Shown here piece by piece: positions 1 through 7,552 of a DNA stretch of 40,152 nucleotides. The position numbers and the translations under genes were made by a program. Under the pieces are notes generated by a model. The model saw nothing but the letters and a program-made list of their open reading frames with translations. It was not told where the DNA came from and ran no database searches. The stretch spans positions 1 to 40,152 of the forward strand of contig CAYHFB010000001.1 of the NCBI GenBank assembly GCA_964355695.1. The letters run 5' to 3'. This DNA comes from an uncultured candidatus Brocadiaceae bacterium. GTDB lineage: Bacteria; Planctomycetota; Brocadiia; Brocadiales; Brocadiaceae. Positions within the stretch are counted from its first letter, which is position 1. Every line of letters begins with the position of its first letter.

Positions 1-216
1 TATTGATTTTAAAAATAAGTTGTGTTCTAACAAATCAATTTTGCTTTCTAATTTGTCAATTTGCCTGCCATATTCTAATTTATTTTCCTTTATAACATTG
101 GTAAAATAGTTATACTGAAAAAAATTACCCAAAACCAAAACAACTACCAACGGGATTTGTTTGAACAAATAATCCCAAGCTACTTTCCCCAACGGCTGAT
201 TACTCTTTAGCGTCAC
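1..216 (-). CDS. Partial ORF running off the left edge. It has one hydrophobic helix followed by a coiled coil (type-II membrane protein). Spanin-like or holin-accessory is only a guess.
   Basis: Not in the ORF track because there is no stop inside the window. The minus-strand frame is open from the TAA at 223-225 down to position 1. Only non-ATG starts are available: GTG at 214-216 or TTG at 190-192. My translation is (M/V)TLKSNQPLGKVAWDYLFKQIPLVVVLVLGNFFQYNYFTNVIKENKLEYGRQIDKLESKIDLLEHNLFLKSI... If GTG is the start, it overlaps the end of 200..478 by 17 nt. Confidence 0.3.
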   Translation of the reverse strand, partial: MTLKSNQPLGKVAWDYLFKQIPLVVVLVLGNFFQYNYFTNVIKENKLEYGRQIDKLESKIDLLEHNLFLKSI

Positions 217-478
217 GATTGTTTAATATAAATACGGCTATCGAAAGGACAATCAAGCAAAATGCCGTGTTAAGTGCCATTGGAGTAGAACCCCAACAAT
301 ATAACCATTTAACGCCCGTTGCTTCACCAACAAATGTTAATAAACTTATCCAAAAAACTGTCATGCTGATGGAATTAATCATGCCTGTCATTTTCATTTC
401 ATGGGTCATCACGTCCGATTCTTTGGATTTGTCACCCTGTAAGGGTCTTTTGTCAGTTTGTCGGGCGGCTTGTATCAT
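200..478 (-). CDS. Small membrane protein with two predicted TM helices. It is a class-II holin-like candidate; the function is unproven.
   Basis: 92-aa ORF. Its ATG (476-478) overlaps the TGA of the upstream gene as ATGA. It has a charged N-terminus, hydrophobic stretches GMINSISMTVFWISLLTFVG and TPMALNTAFCLIVLSIAVFIL, and a charged C-terminal tail NNRDAKE. Confidence 0.55.
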   Translation of the reverse strand: MIQAARQTDKRPLQGDKSKESDVMTHEMKMTGMINSISMTVFWISLLTFVGEATGVKWLYCWGSTPMALNTAFCLIVLSIAVFILNNRDAKE

Positions 479-789
479 GCTGACTTTTGAAGTTTGGTTT
501 CTTTGGTAAAACAGTCCATCAGATTCCCTTTGGCAAAGGCTGTTAAACTTTCGTTGCTTTCAATGAACTTTTTAAGGGCTTCCTGCTCTGATTTTTCAAG
601 GTCAATAACTTCGCCCTTGTTAATTGCCGTTGCCCATGATATTGCATCCATGTACCCAATCCCCGTATCTTTGTGCGGATTAATGCCTAACAAATTTGCA
701 AGGGTTTTGTTCAAATAAACAGGCTCGCCTGATTGGTCTTTGACATCTTCACCAAATACATTTAATGCTACTTTAAAATTTATTTTCAT
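475..789 (-). CDS. hypothetical protein
   Basis: 104-aa ORF in the same-strand operon. It has an ATGA overlap with the downstream gene and a 3-nt gap to the upstream gene. I recognise no motif. Confidence 0.6.
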   Translation of the reverse strand: MKINFKVALNVFGEDVKDQSGEPVYLNKTLANLLGINPHKDTGIGYMDAISWATAINKGEVIDLEKSEQEALKKFIESNESLTAFAKGNLMDCFTKETKLQKSA

Positions 790-792
790 AAT

Positions 793-1191
793 TTAATCTT
801 TGTCAACCTCCCAATCTGAACCAACCAAACCAAACGGTTTATCATCACCAACCATATATAACAGGGCTGCCGTTAAATCAATTACCCTTCTTTCGGTATA
901 AGTTGCCCCAACGGGGTAAACAATACCCAAAGCTAAATACAATGCATCAGCTTGCTCATTGGTCATTGATTTACCAAAGGATTGAATCCCTATCTCTGTA
1001 TAAGTAGGCTCGCTGTCATCCTGTAAGGAACTTCCCGTTTCTTTTAAGTAAAAGTAAGAAGCATTTATACTGAATCCATCGCCTTGCTGAAAAAAGTTAA
1101 GCAGCTTGCAATAGACTGTATTTTTTTCCGCCAAATCCAAAATATTGGTGGAAACTGTTTTTTTTGATTTTAATTTTAAAATATATTCCAT
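793..1191 (-). CDS. Hypothetical protein immediately downstream of the tail fibre gene. A fibre assembly or accessory role is possible from position only.
   Basis: 132-aa ORF, 10 nt downstream of the fibre gene stop. No recognisable motif. Confidence 0.6.
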   Translation of the reverse strand: MEYILKLKSKKTVSTNILDLAEKNTVYCKLLNFFQQGDGFSINASYFYLKETGSSLQDDSEPTYTEIGIQSFGKSMTNEQADALYLALGIVYPVGATYTERRVIDLTAALLYMVGDDKPFGLVGSDWEVDKD

Positions 1192-1201
1192 GATGTTATT
1201 T

Positions 1202-3001
1202 TTATACGGCTGTTAGTAAAAAGTAATATTCAGTTCCATTAATCCAAATCCTTTGTTTATGTGTAGAAGCTACTGCAATTCCAGATTCAGGAGCTTGTTC
1301 TAAGTATAAGCCAAGCGTAGCATTAGCACTACCTGCACTACTGTCTTTTGCAAATATTTGAATAGTATCAGCTGGGGCGGTTGTTGGAGCTGTACCTATT
1401 TTAGTTGCAAATGTATTAGTTCCTGATGTACCTATTGTTGCTGCTCCTAAAAATAAATTTGCAACATTATCCCCTCTAAATTTACTAATTCCATTAATTT
1501 GATAATTGTAAATGTCCCCACTATACCCACTTGCAGCATTTACCGCTAATACTGTACCTGATGAGCTACCTGTAAAGAACCCTGCTGTAGCTCCATCAAA
1601 AGCACCTGAACCAAGAGATACTAATCCATAGTTAGCAGAGGCTGTAGGGGCTACATTTACTAACACTCTACCTGCTGCAACATCTATTGCCCTAAAATCT
1701 GCCGCCGCTGTTAATGTTGGATTGATATATAGCCCACGACTGATACCATTTGCTCCGCCTGTTTGGTTGATGGTTGGTTTTATAACCGTTGAATTAAATA
1801 CAGCAGTTCCGCTTGTAGGTTTGAAATTAACAACATTTTGAAACCCATTTACTGTTCCGCTTGTATTTGTATATCCATTACCAAAGTTATTAAATTGAGT
1901 TAAACTGATTTGTACACCTTCTGTATATGAATTAGCACTTTCTATTTGAACACCACTACCTGATTTATTAAAACCTCCAGCACCACCAGAAAGTTGGAAT
2001 CCAGCATCATAATTAGCTGTAATTCCTCCTTTATTTGTCAATTCTCCATATTCATCTTGTTTTAAATATACAACCCCTCCTTTTTGAAGGTTTATTAATT
2101 CCGAACTACTACCAGAAGCTAAGTTCCCTGCTATTAAAGTACCTGCGGCTGCACCTGTAAAAAATCCGCTTGTAACTCCATCAAATGCTCCTGAACCAAG
2201 AGATACTAATCCTGAGTTGGGGGTCGAAGTTGGGGCTACTCCTATATGAAGTGTTGATAGAGGTGAAGTTGTTCCAATACCCACATTGCCAGTAAAATAA
2301 CTATTCAACGAATTATATGTAGTACCGAAGCGAGCCACTAATCCCTGCTCATTAATGATATTCATTCCCCAATACATTCTAAATGCAGTCCCAGGATTAG
2401 TCCCATCGTTGTAACTATTTGATAAATAAGTTGAGTTATCACCCAGATATAGTTTCGCAACATCCCCACTTGACCAAGTTGCGTCAGGTTTAATTAACAC
2501 AGTTCCAACAACTTCAAACTTTTCACTCGGACTCGCTGTCCCTATCCCCACATTCCCATTATTAAGAATCCGCATAGCTTCGGTTGCACCATTATTTCCA
2601 ACATTGAAAATAATATCTGCACCAGTAGCACCTACACCAGAAGTAGGTTGTAATATTAATGTTGAAGTTGTGCCTGTACCACCTATTATTTTAGGAACGG
2701 TTGCCCCTGTTATAAACGTTGGACTGGTCTGCATTGCCACCACCGTTCCGGTTCCTGTTATCGTGTATTCCCCAAGCGTTCCGGCGTTGTTATACAATAT
2801 CCGTGTAGTTGCTCCGCTTGCTATTGCGGTTGTTCCAATTGTTAATGGCGACGACAGCAAGTCGCTTATATTGGCAAATGATATTAACTTATTCTGATTG
2901 GCTGGTAATGCCTCATCAGGGTCTAAGAATAATAACTTTGCCACTAAGGGGTCAACTCCCGACCCGTCTGATGTATTTTTTGAACTCCAAGGTGCTCCCA
3001 T
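1202..3001 (-). CDS. Gly/Thr/Ser-rich tail fibre-like protein with internal repeats
   Basis: 599 aa. It contains repeated GNVGIGTASP / GNVGIGTTSP motifs and a duplicated ~45-aa block: APTSTPNSGLVSLGSGAFDGVTSGFFTGAAAGTLIAGNLASGSS versus APTASANYGLVSLGSGAFDGATAGFFTGSSSGTVLAVNAASGYS. The composition is beta-rich and low-complexity, as is typical of phage fibres. Confidence 0.75.
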   Translation of the reverse strand: MGAPWSSKNTSDGSGVDPLVAKLLFLDPDEALPANQNKLISFANISDLLSSPLTIGTTAIASGATTRILYNNAGTLGEYTITGTGTVVAMQTSPTFITGATVPKIIGGTGTTSTLILQPTSGVGATGADIIFNVGNNGATEAMRILNNGNVGIGTASPSEKFEVVGTVLIKPDATWSSGDVAKLYLGDNSTYLSNSYNDGTNPGTAFRMYWGMNIINEQGLVARFGTTYNSLNSYFTGNVGIGTTSPLSTLHIGVAPTSTPNSGLVSLGSGAFDGVTSGFFTGAAAGTLIAGNLASGSSSELINLQKGGVVYLKQDEYGELTNKGGITANYDAGFQLSGGAGGFNKSGSGVQIESANSYTEGVQISLTQFNNFGNGYTNTSGTVNGFQNVVNFKPTSGTAVFNSTVIKPTINQTGGANGISRGLYINPTLTAAADFRAIDVAAGRVLVNVAPTASANYGLVSLGSGAFDGATAGFFTGSSSGTVLAVNAASGYSGDIYNYQINGISKFRGDNVANLFLGAATIGTSGTNTFATKIGTAPTTAPADTIQIFAKDSSAGSANATLGLYLEQAPESGIAVASTHKQRIWINGTEYYFLLTAV

Positions 3002-3013
3002 TTTTATTTATAA

Positions 3014-3148
3014 TTAAGTTTCATAATCCATTTCTACTCCATTTTCAAATTCCATATTAACAAGGTTCTCAAAGGACATAGCATTTGCTCCGCCACCGCC
3101 ACCAGCTATTATGTTGTTCCAAATGTATATACCTATAGTCACTTGCAT
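3014..3148 (-). CDS. Possible small ORF (44 aa) filling the gap between two fibre-module genes
   Basis: Below the ORF-track size cut-off. My translation is MQVTIGIYIWNNIIAGGGGGANAMSFENLVNMEFENGVEMDYET, then TAA at 3014-3016. It is the only same-strand ORF in the 153-nt gap 3002-3154. There is no other support. Confidence 0.25.
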   Translation of the reverse strand: MQVTIGIYIWNNIIAGGGGGANAMSFENLVNMEFENGVEMDYET

Positions 3149-3154
3149 TTCATA

Positions 3155-3625
3155 TTACCAATTTGCATTTACTAAACTTGCTGTAGTTCCCGTTGACCAG
3201 ATTTTAATAACCTGAACGGGCAAAAAGAATCCCGCTGACAACCCAGGATACGTAGAATCATCACCGCCTGCTGTTGTAACCCTGACATCCCCCGCTCCTC
3301 CAATAGATAATATACACCCATCGTTACTCAGTCCATCGTAAACCACATAGTCCTCCGGTGCATAAGTAAAAATATCGGCATTTAAAGTTAGCGTTGTTTC
3401 GCTATCTACCGATACCACAAGGGCTGTTTCTTGCCCTGTGGTGTTATAGACAATATCTCCCTGTTTTACCCCGTCTGTTATAAATGTTGCCCCCGAATCA
3501 ACGAGTTTATTCGCTGTTACAGACGTGCTTTCCCCCGAAGATACTTCCGCAGGGAAAGGAATATTTGAATTGTCCGAAGGGATCACTCTTAACGAACGAC
3601 TTACTTGTAATTTTTGAGATGCCAT
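3155..3625 (-). CDS. Virion or tail-associated protein. It carries a ~58-aa module that also occurs in the protein encoded at 30534..31472.
   Basis: 156-aa ORF whose start shares one base with the upstream stop. Residues 39-96 (NKLVDSGATFITDGVKQGDIVYNTTGQETALVVSVDSETTLTLNADIFTYAPEDYVVY) align at about 55% identity with residues 125-182 of the 312-aa protein. Confidence 0.65.
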   Translation of the reverse strand: MASQKLQVSRSLRVIPSDNSNIPFPAEVSSGESTSVTANKLVDSGATFITDGVKQGDIVYNTTGQETALVVSVDSETTLTLNADIFTYAPEDYVVYDGLSNDGCILSIGGAGDVRVTTAGGDDSTYPGLSAGFFLPVQVIKIWSTGTTASLVNANW

Positions 3626-3831
3626 TAGTTTATGTTTTTATATGGAAATTTTGTATTTAAAAGTTCTTTGCGCTCCTCACAGTTACATGGACTATCTAAC
3701 GCCTTTGCTATTTTATCAACAACAAACTTAATGCCCGTTGCTTTGGTGAATTTCTCAATCGTATCTCCTAATCCGCGAGAAGGAACTACTTTGTGAACAC
3801 CTGGTGCAATATATTGTAGTGTTTCGGTCAT
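3625..3831 (-). CDS. small conserved-looking protein (GLGD...TGI...CxC...R..LLN pattern), function unknown
   Basis: 68-aa ORF with a one-base overlap to its neighbour at each end, which suggests translational coupling. Confidence 0.55.
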   Translation of the reverse strand: MTETLQYIAPGVHKVVPSRGLGDTIEKFTKATGIKFVVDKIAKALDSPCNCEERKELLNTKFPYKNIN

Positions 3832-4628
3832 TATACGTTCCGGCCTAATGTTGTGTTAAAGGCAGTTACAGCTACCCAGTAATTATATATTTCACCTGCC
3901 GTTAAAGCGTCACCTAAAAACATAAAGGCTCTTCGTGTATCTTGAAATTGTATTGGCGTATCGCTACCATCGTTCATTGCACCAAAATAAAAATTTTTAG
4001 TATTTGCTGCAATACTTGACATTGTTTTAGTTCCCGCCTGACCGTCGAGACCAGTATAATAATTCATAGTGGTGCTGTTTATACGTGAAACTATTTTAAA
4101 CCCTAAAATCCCTGATACGGCCACTGCGCTTAATGTTGCAGATGAACCAATCATAAAACTCATGTCTCCATTATTGTCAAAAGGAGCTAAGAAGAAATTT
4201 TGAATACCCGCAAAAGCACCCTCTCTCGCCAGTATTTGCGATGTGTTTTCGTTATAATAAACCCCCGTACTTGCACTGTCTACCGCCAAACTTACGCTTT
4301 GTTTAAGAAAAGAATTTGCATATGCCGTTGTTCCGTCAGGCTCTGCTCCTGAACTGTTATGTATCCATGAACCACCCCAAACAAGTCTAAATGCCGCATC
4401 TAAATCGCGAGGGTCTTTTAAGTTCCACTTATGCTTTGTAGCTGTTCCCCCCAATAGAGGATATACTGCCTTCATTTTTGACCAGATATTATACTCTTTA
4501 AGCGACTTAGTAAGCGTATTAACCGCTTCTTTTTGGGTTTCGTCGGTTATTTCAGCCGCAGAAATATACGCGAGGGCATCGCTATCCCAATACCCCAAAG
4601 TCATTCCCATTGCTCTTCTTACACTCAT
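3831..4628 (-). CDS. hypothetical tail-fibre-module protein
   Basis: 265-aa ORF with an ATGA overlap to the upstream gene. It sits between two fibre-like genes. I recognise no catalytic motif. Confidence 0.65.
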   Translation of the reverse strand: MSVRRAMGMTLGYWDSDALAYISAAEITDETQKEAVNTLTKSLKEYNIWSKMKAVYPLLGGTATKHKWNLKDPRDLDAAFRLVWGGSWIHNSSGAEPDGTTAYANSFLKQSVSLAVDSASTGVYYNENTSQILAREGAFAGIQNFFLAPFDNNGDMSFMIGSSATLSAVAVSGILGFKIVSRINSTTMNYYTGLDGQAGTKTMSSIAANTKNFYFGAMNDGSDTPIQFQDTRRAFMFLGDALTAGEIYNYWVAVTAFNTTLGRNV

Positions 4629-5110
4629 GTTCGCTGACTTATTGCATAAATAACCTCTGTTGCATTTATATATGTAACATATATATAGTTTACGACGCTT
4701 GTAACATAATTTCCGCTCCCGCTCAATTTCTTCATGTTTGTTGCAAAAGTAGGCTCTACAGAATGATTGTGAATAATAATATTGGTAACGCCCACTTTAG
4801 CTCCTGTTGCTGAATATGTAATGTTGCCTGTTCCAGGCGAAGCAATTGTTCCATACACCCTGTCTGTAAGAAATGTTAATGCGACACCTGTTGTTGCTGC
4901 CGCTTCAATAGGTAATCTGGCGTCTAACGCTTCTTGTAAATCCGTCTGGTCAGCCAGCGTTCCGTTAATATCCCCCCATTCCGTTGTTCCCGCAAGTTCT
5001 TCCGCGGTGTATCCTTCTGATTCGGCATTAACTTGCGAGCTTCTTTTTTGTGTTAAATCAACGTCTGGTGAAATACCAATGAATTTTGTTCCTGCGGGTA
5101 CTGTTGCCAT
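4625..5110 (-). CDS. Tail fibre or collar-like protein; first gene of the fibre operon
   Basis: The ORF track gives 4625..5155. I prefer the internal ATG at 5108-5110 (MATVPAGTKF...) because the 15-codon extension is a hydrophobic AT-rich read-through that would cover the promoter-like box at 5129-5136. It contains WGDINGTLADQTDLQEALD, a motif type common in phage fibre N-terminal regions. Confidence 0.65.
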   Translation of the reverse strand: MATVPAGTKFIGISPDVDLTQKRSSQVNAESEGYTAEELAGTTEWGDINGTLADQTDLQEALDARLPIEAAATTGVALTFLTDRVYGTIASPGTGNITYSATGAKVGVTNIIIHNHSVEPTFATNMKKLSGSGNYVTSVVNYIYVTYINATEVIYAISQRT

Positions 5111-5128
5111 AATGGTATAAATTTTAAG

Positions 5129-5136
5129 CAAAATTA
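5129..5136 (-). promoter_or_regulatory. Candidate Bacteroidota-type -7 promoter box (TAATTTTG) for the fibre operon
   Basis: The minus strand reads TAATTTTG, which matches TAnnTTTG. There are 18 nt between the box and the ATG at 5110. It lies in a divergent intergenic region. Confidence 0.4.
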
Positions 5137-5175
5137 AAATAAAAATATTAAACAATACGATTATTTAATATTTTT

Positions 5176-5183
5176 TACCTTTG
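5176..5183 (+). promoter_or_regulatory. Candidate -7 promoter box (TACCTTTG) for the lone plus-strand gene
   Basis: Matches TAnnTTTG. It is followed by the 16-bp perfect palindrome TAATTAAATTTAATTA (5188-5203) and then the ATG at 5208. Confidence 0.4.
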
Positions 5184-5207
5184 CAGCTAATTAAATTTAA
5201 TTAAATT

Positions 5208-5705
5208 ATGTTAGAAGGCAAAAAAACAGTAAAATCAGACTATCTTAAATTTTATAGGGTTGTTACGAAATTTTACAGAATCAAATATAATATACAGGAA
5301 GCAGAATTAGATTCGCTACTTTATCTATATTCTGAAAGGTATTTTACCAGCACACAGTTTTATCAGATTGCCGGAACGATGTTTTGGAAAAAAAACAGAT
5401 GGTACAAACTTATAAATGAAGGATGGATAATAGAGTGGAGAAGGTCTGTATATAGAAACAAGAAAACGATTTACGCCCTCTCTGTTAAAGCTATTTGTTT
5501 GGTTGAAGGCATATACAGAAAACTTGAAGGAGAAGAAATCTCAACAGCGCCAGGCACCAACAAGATATTTCTTAAAAATGTTCCATACACTCACAAGGTT
5601 TATCGGCATATGATAAAAACCATGAATGAGTATATTCATAAACAAAGGATGCACAGCAGAGATATGGGGGAAGCTGTTTCTTTAGAAGGTATCTATGATG
5701 ATTAA
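5208..5705 (+). CDS. Basic hypothetical protein and the only plus-strand gene. Possibly a winged-helix DNA-binding regulator (weak).
   Basis: 165-aa ORF rich in K, R and Y. It has its own promoter-like box, and no competing minus-strand ORF covers the interval. Its TAA (5703-5705) overlaps the TAA of the convergent GroES-like gene (5702-5704). Confidence 0.6.
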   Translation: MLEGKKTVKSDYLKFYRVVTKFYRIKYNIQEAELDSLLYLYSERYFTSTQFYQIAGTMFWKKNRWYKLINEGWIIEWRRSVYRNKKTIYALSVKAICLVEGIYRKLEGEEISTAPGTNKIFLKNVPYTHKVYRHMIKTMNEYIHKQRMHSRDMGEAVSLEGIYDD

Positions 5706-5962
5706 AACACCAATACAATATCCCGATAAGAACAAATGGTAACTGTTTTTTGTTCTAATATCATGGAAAAACTATTGGTCTTGTCAAAAAGAACAATATC
5801 GCCTTTTTTTACTTTATCTATTTCATCGCCTACAGCTAAGACTTCTGCCTTATGGTATCGCATGGCAGACATATCATCACCGGAAAGAACTAAGCCTGAT
5901 GAAGTTTTGACTTCTTCGATTATGGCACTTAAAAGAATATATTTTGCTATTGGTTTACTCAT
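5702..5962 (-). CDS. groES: GroES/Cpn10-like co-chaperonin
   Basis: I use the ATG at 5960-5962 (MSKPIAKYILL...), which forms an ATGA overlap with the GroEL stop; the ORF-track start at 6022 lies inside GroEL. 86 aa. The pattern is Cpn10-like: IAKYILLSAIIEEVKTSSGLVLSGDD...KAEVLAVGDEIDKVKKGDIVLF, with a mobile-loop-like G-L-V-L-S-G. Confidence 0.75.
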   Translation of the reverse strand: MSKPIAKYILLSAIIEEVKTSSGLVLSGDDMSAMRYHKAEVLAVGDEIDKVKKGDIVLFDKTNSFSMILEQKTVTICSYRDIVLVF

Positions 5963-7548
5963 GATGCCCTTGCTATGGTTACGGCTACACTTGTACTTAA
6001 TATCGTGCATGCAACTGCACATGCGTTTTGTAACGCTACCCGTGTTACTTTCATCGGGTCTGCTACTCCCATTTCGATAAGGTTTCCATATTGGCCTGTT
6101 TTTACGTTGTAGCCATGTCCGAACACATCCTTGCGATTGCCGTAAATATCAACCACACTCAAATCGGCATTTGCCAATACCTGAACAAGCGGAACTTTTA
6201 TTGCTGAAAGAACTATATCAAGTGCAATAGAATATTCCTTGCTCGTGTCGCTTTCAGGAGGATATTGTAGGTCTATTTCAAACAATGCTTTCCCGGCACC
6301 ACTCACTACTCCTTCTTCCAAGGCACTTTTTACAGCGCAGACAGCATCCTCGACCCGGTCATATATCTCCTTTTGCTCTAAATCGGTATTGCCCCCTACA
6401 TAAATAACCCCTATGCCACCAATTAATCCGGCAATCCTTTCATTGATAAAATCCTTGTCTGCTTTTTTATTGGTTATTTCTTGTGAGTTTTTTAATTCAC
6501 CTATCCTTTGATTGAGTTTTCCTTTATCTCCACTACCCGAAACTATTACAGTTTTATTTTTGCCTACAATCACTTTTGCGGCAAGTCCTAAATCAGTCAT
6601 TGTAATATGGCTTAAATCATCCCCCGTTTTTTCAGAGAAATAAGTCGCCCCTACACTCAGGGCAATATCTTCCATCAACTCATGTGATTTATAACCGAAA
6701 CTTGGAGGAGTAATAACACATGCCGATATGTTTCCTTTCATTACATTGCCGGCTAAAGTGTTCACCAAATTAGTATGACAAGGAGCGATAATTAGCAGTT
6801 TCTTTTTGTTTGAGATAATATCTTTAAGGATAGTTTCTATTTGTAGGATATTGGATATTTCACCATCACAAACCAATATATTTACATTCTCCATAACACA
6901 TTCGTCTTTCTCTCTATTGTTTATAAACATCGGAGAAGAATACCCTCTGTCAATTTTTAATCCGTTGGTTACATCGGAATATGTTTCGCTGCTTAAAGAC
7001 TTTTCTACCGTGACTATTCCGTCCTTACCAACACCTTTGTAAGCCTCTGCAATTATTTTTCCTATCGAATCGTCCCCGTTGGAAGAAATTGTTGCTACAT
7101 CTAAAATAATGTTTTCATCGCAGGGAATAGACTTTTCCCTGAGTTTTTCGACTACCGTTTCAACAATTTGTGTCATGTATCGAAGCACCTGAGTTTTGTT
7201 GATTCCTTCGGTTATACGCTTGTTTCCTTCAAGTATTAATGCTTCTGCAAGAACGATTGAAGTTGATGTGCCATCGCCAGCACTTGTAGCGGTGCGTTCG
7301 GCTGCTTCCAAAAGAATTCTGCAAGCAAGGTTCTCAACAGGGTCATTCAGAGAAATAGACTTTGCGACAGTAAAACCGTCCTTGGTATTTGTAAACCCAT
7401 GTGTTTGCAAAGGAGATTCTAACAGACACGTTCTGCCGTATGGACCAAGAGTAGAGGCCACCGCCTTACTCATTACAGAAACACCTCTCATTAAGGATTC
7501 GCGGCACTCTTCGCCAAATAGTAGTTCTTTAATTAGTTCTTGATTCAT
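5959..7548 (-). CDS. groEL: GroEL/Cpn60-family chaperonin
   Basis: 529 aa. The N-terminus aligns by eye with bacterial GroEL: LGPYGRTCLLE...TKDGFTVAKSISLNDPVENL...AGDGTSTSIVLAEAL, compared with LGPKGRNVVL...TKDGVSVAREIEL...AGDGTTTATVLAQA. The C-terminal equatorial region includes GVVSGAG. There is no C-terminal Gly-Gly-Met repeat; the protein ends ...VAVTIARAS. Confidence 0.93.
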   Translation of the reverse strand: MNQELIKELLFGEECRESLMRGVSVMSKAVASTLGPYGRTCLLESPLQTHGFTNTKDGFTVAKSISLNDPVENLACRILLEAAERTATSAGDGTSTSIVLAEALILEGNKRITEGINKTQVLRYMTQIVETVVEKLREKSIPCDENIILDVATISSNGDDSIGKIIAEAYKGVGKDGIVTVEKSLSSETYSDVTNGLKIDRGYSSPMFINNREKDECVMENVNILVCDGEISNILQIETILKDIISNKKKLLIIAPCHTNLVNTLAGNVMKGNISACVITPPSFGYKSHELMEDIALSVGATYFSEKTGDDLSHITMTDLGLAAKVIVGKNKTVIVSGSGDKGKLNQRIGELKNSQEITNKKADKDFINERIAGLIGGIGVIYVGGNTDLEQKEIYDRVEDAVCAVKSALEEGVVSGAGKALFEIDLQYPPESDTSKEYSIALDIVLSAIKVPLVQVLANADLSVVDIYGNRKDVFGHGYNVKTGQYGNLIEMGVADPMKVTRVALQNACAVACTILSTSVAVTIARAS

Positions 7549-7552
7549 TTAA

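Noticed and set aside
219-718. Plus-strand ORFs 219..509 and 494..718.
   Set aside because: They are antisense to the coupled minus-strand genes 200..478 and 475..789. They start at a TTG or lack any start context. Nothing supports them.
5963-6022. Longest-ORF N-terminal extensions in the track: GroES-like to 6022, fibre-like gene to 5155, RHH to 7744, GNAT to 22343, and the 253-aa gene to 32360.
   Set aside because: Each extension overlaps the preceding gene, a promoter-like box or the terminator hairpin, and encodes odd hydrophobic or Cys-rich residues. In three of the five cases the internal ATG gives an ATGA junction with the upstream gene; in all five it removes the overlap.
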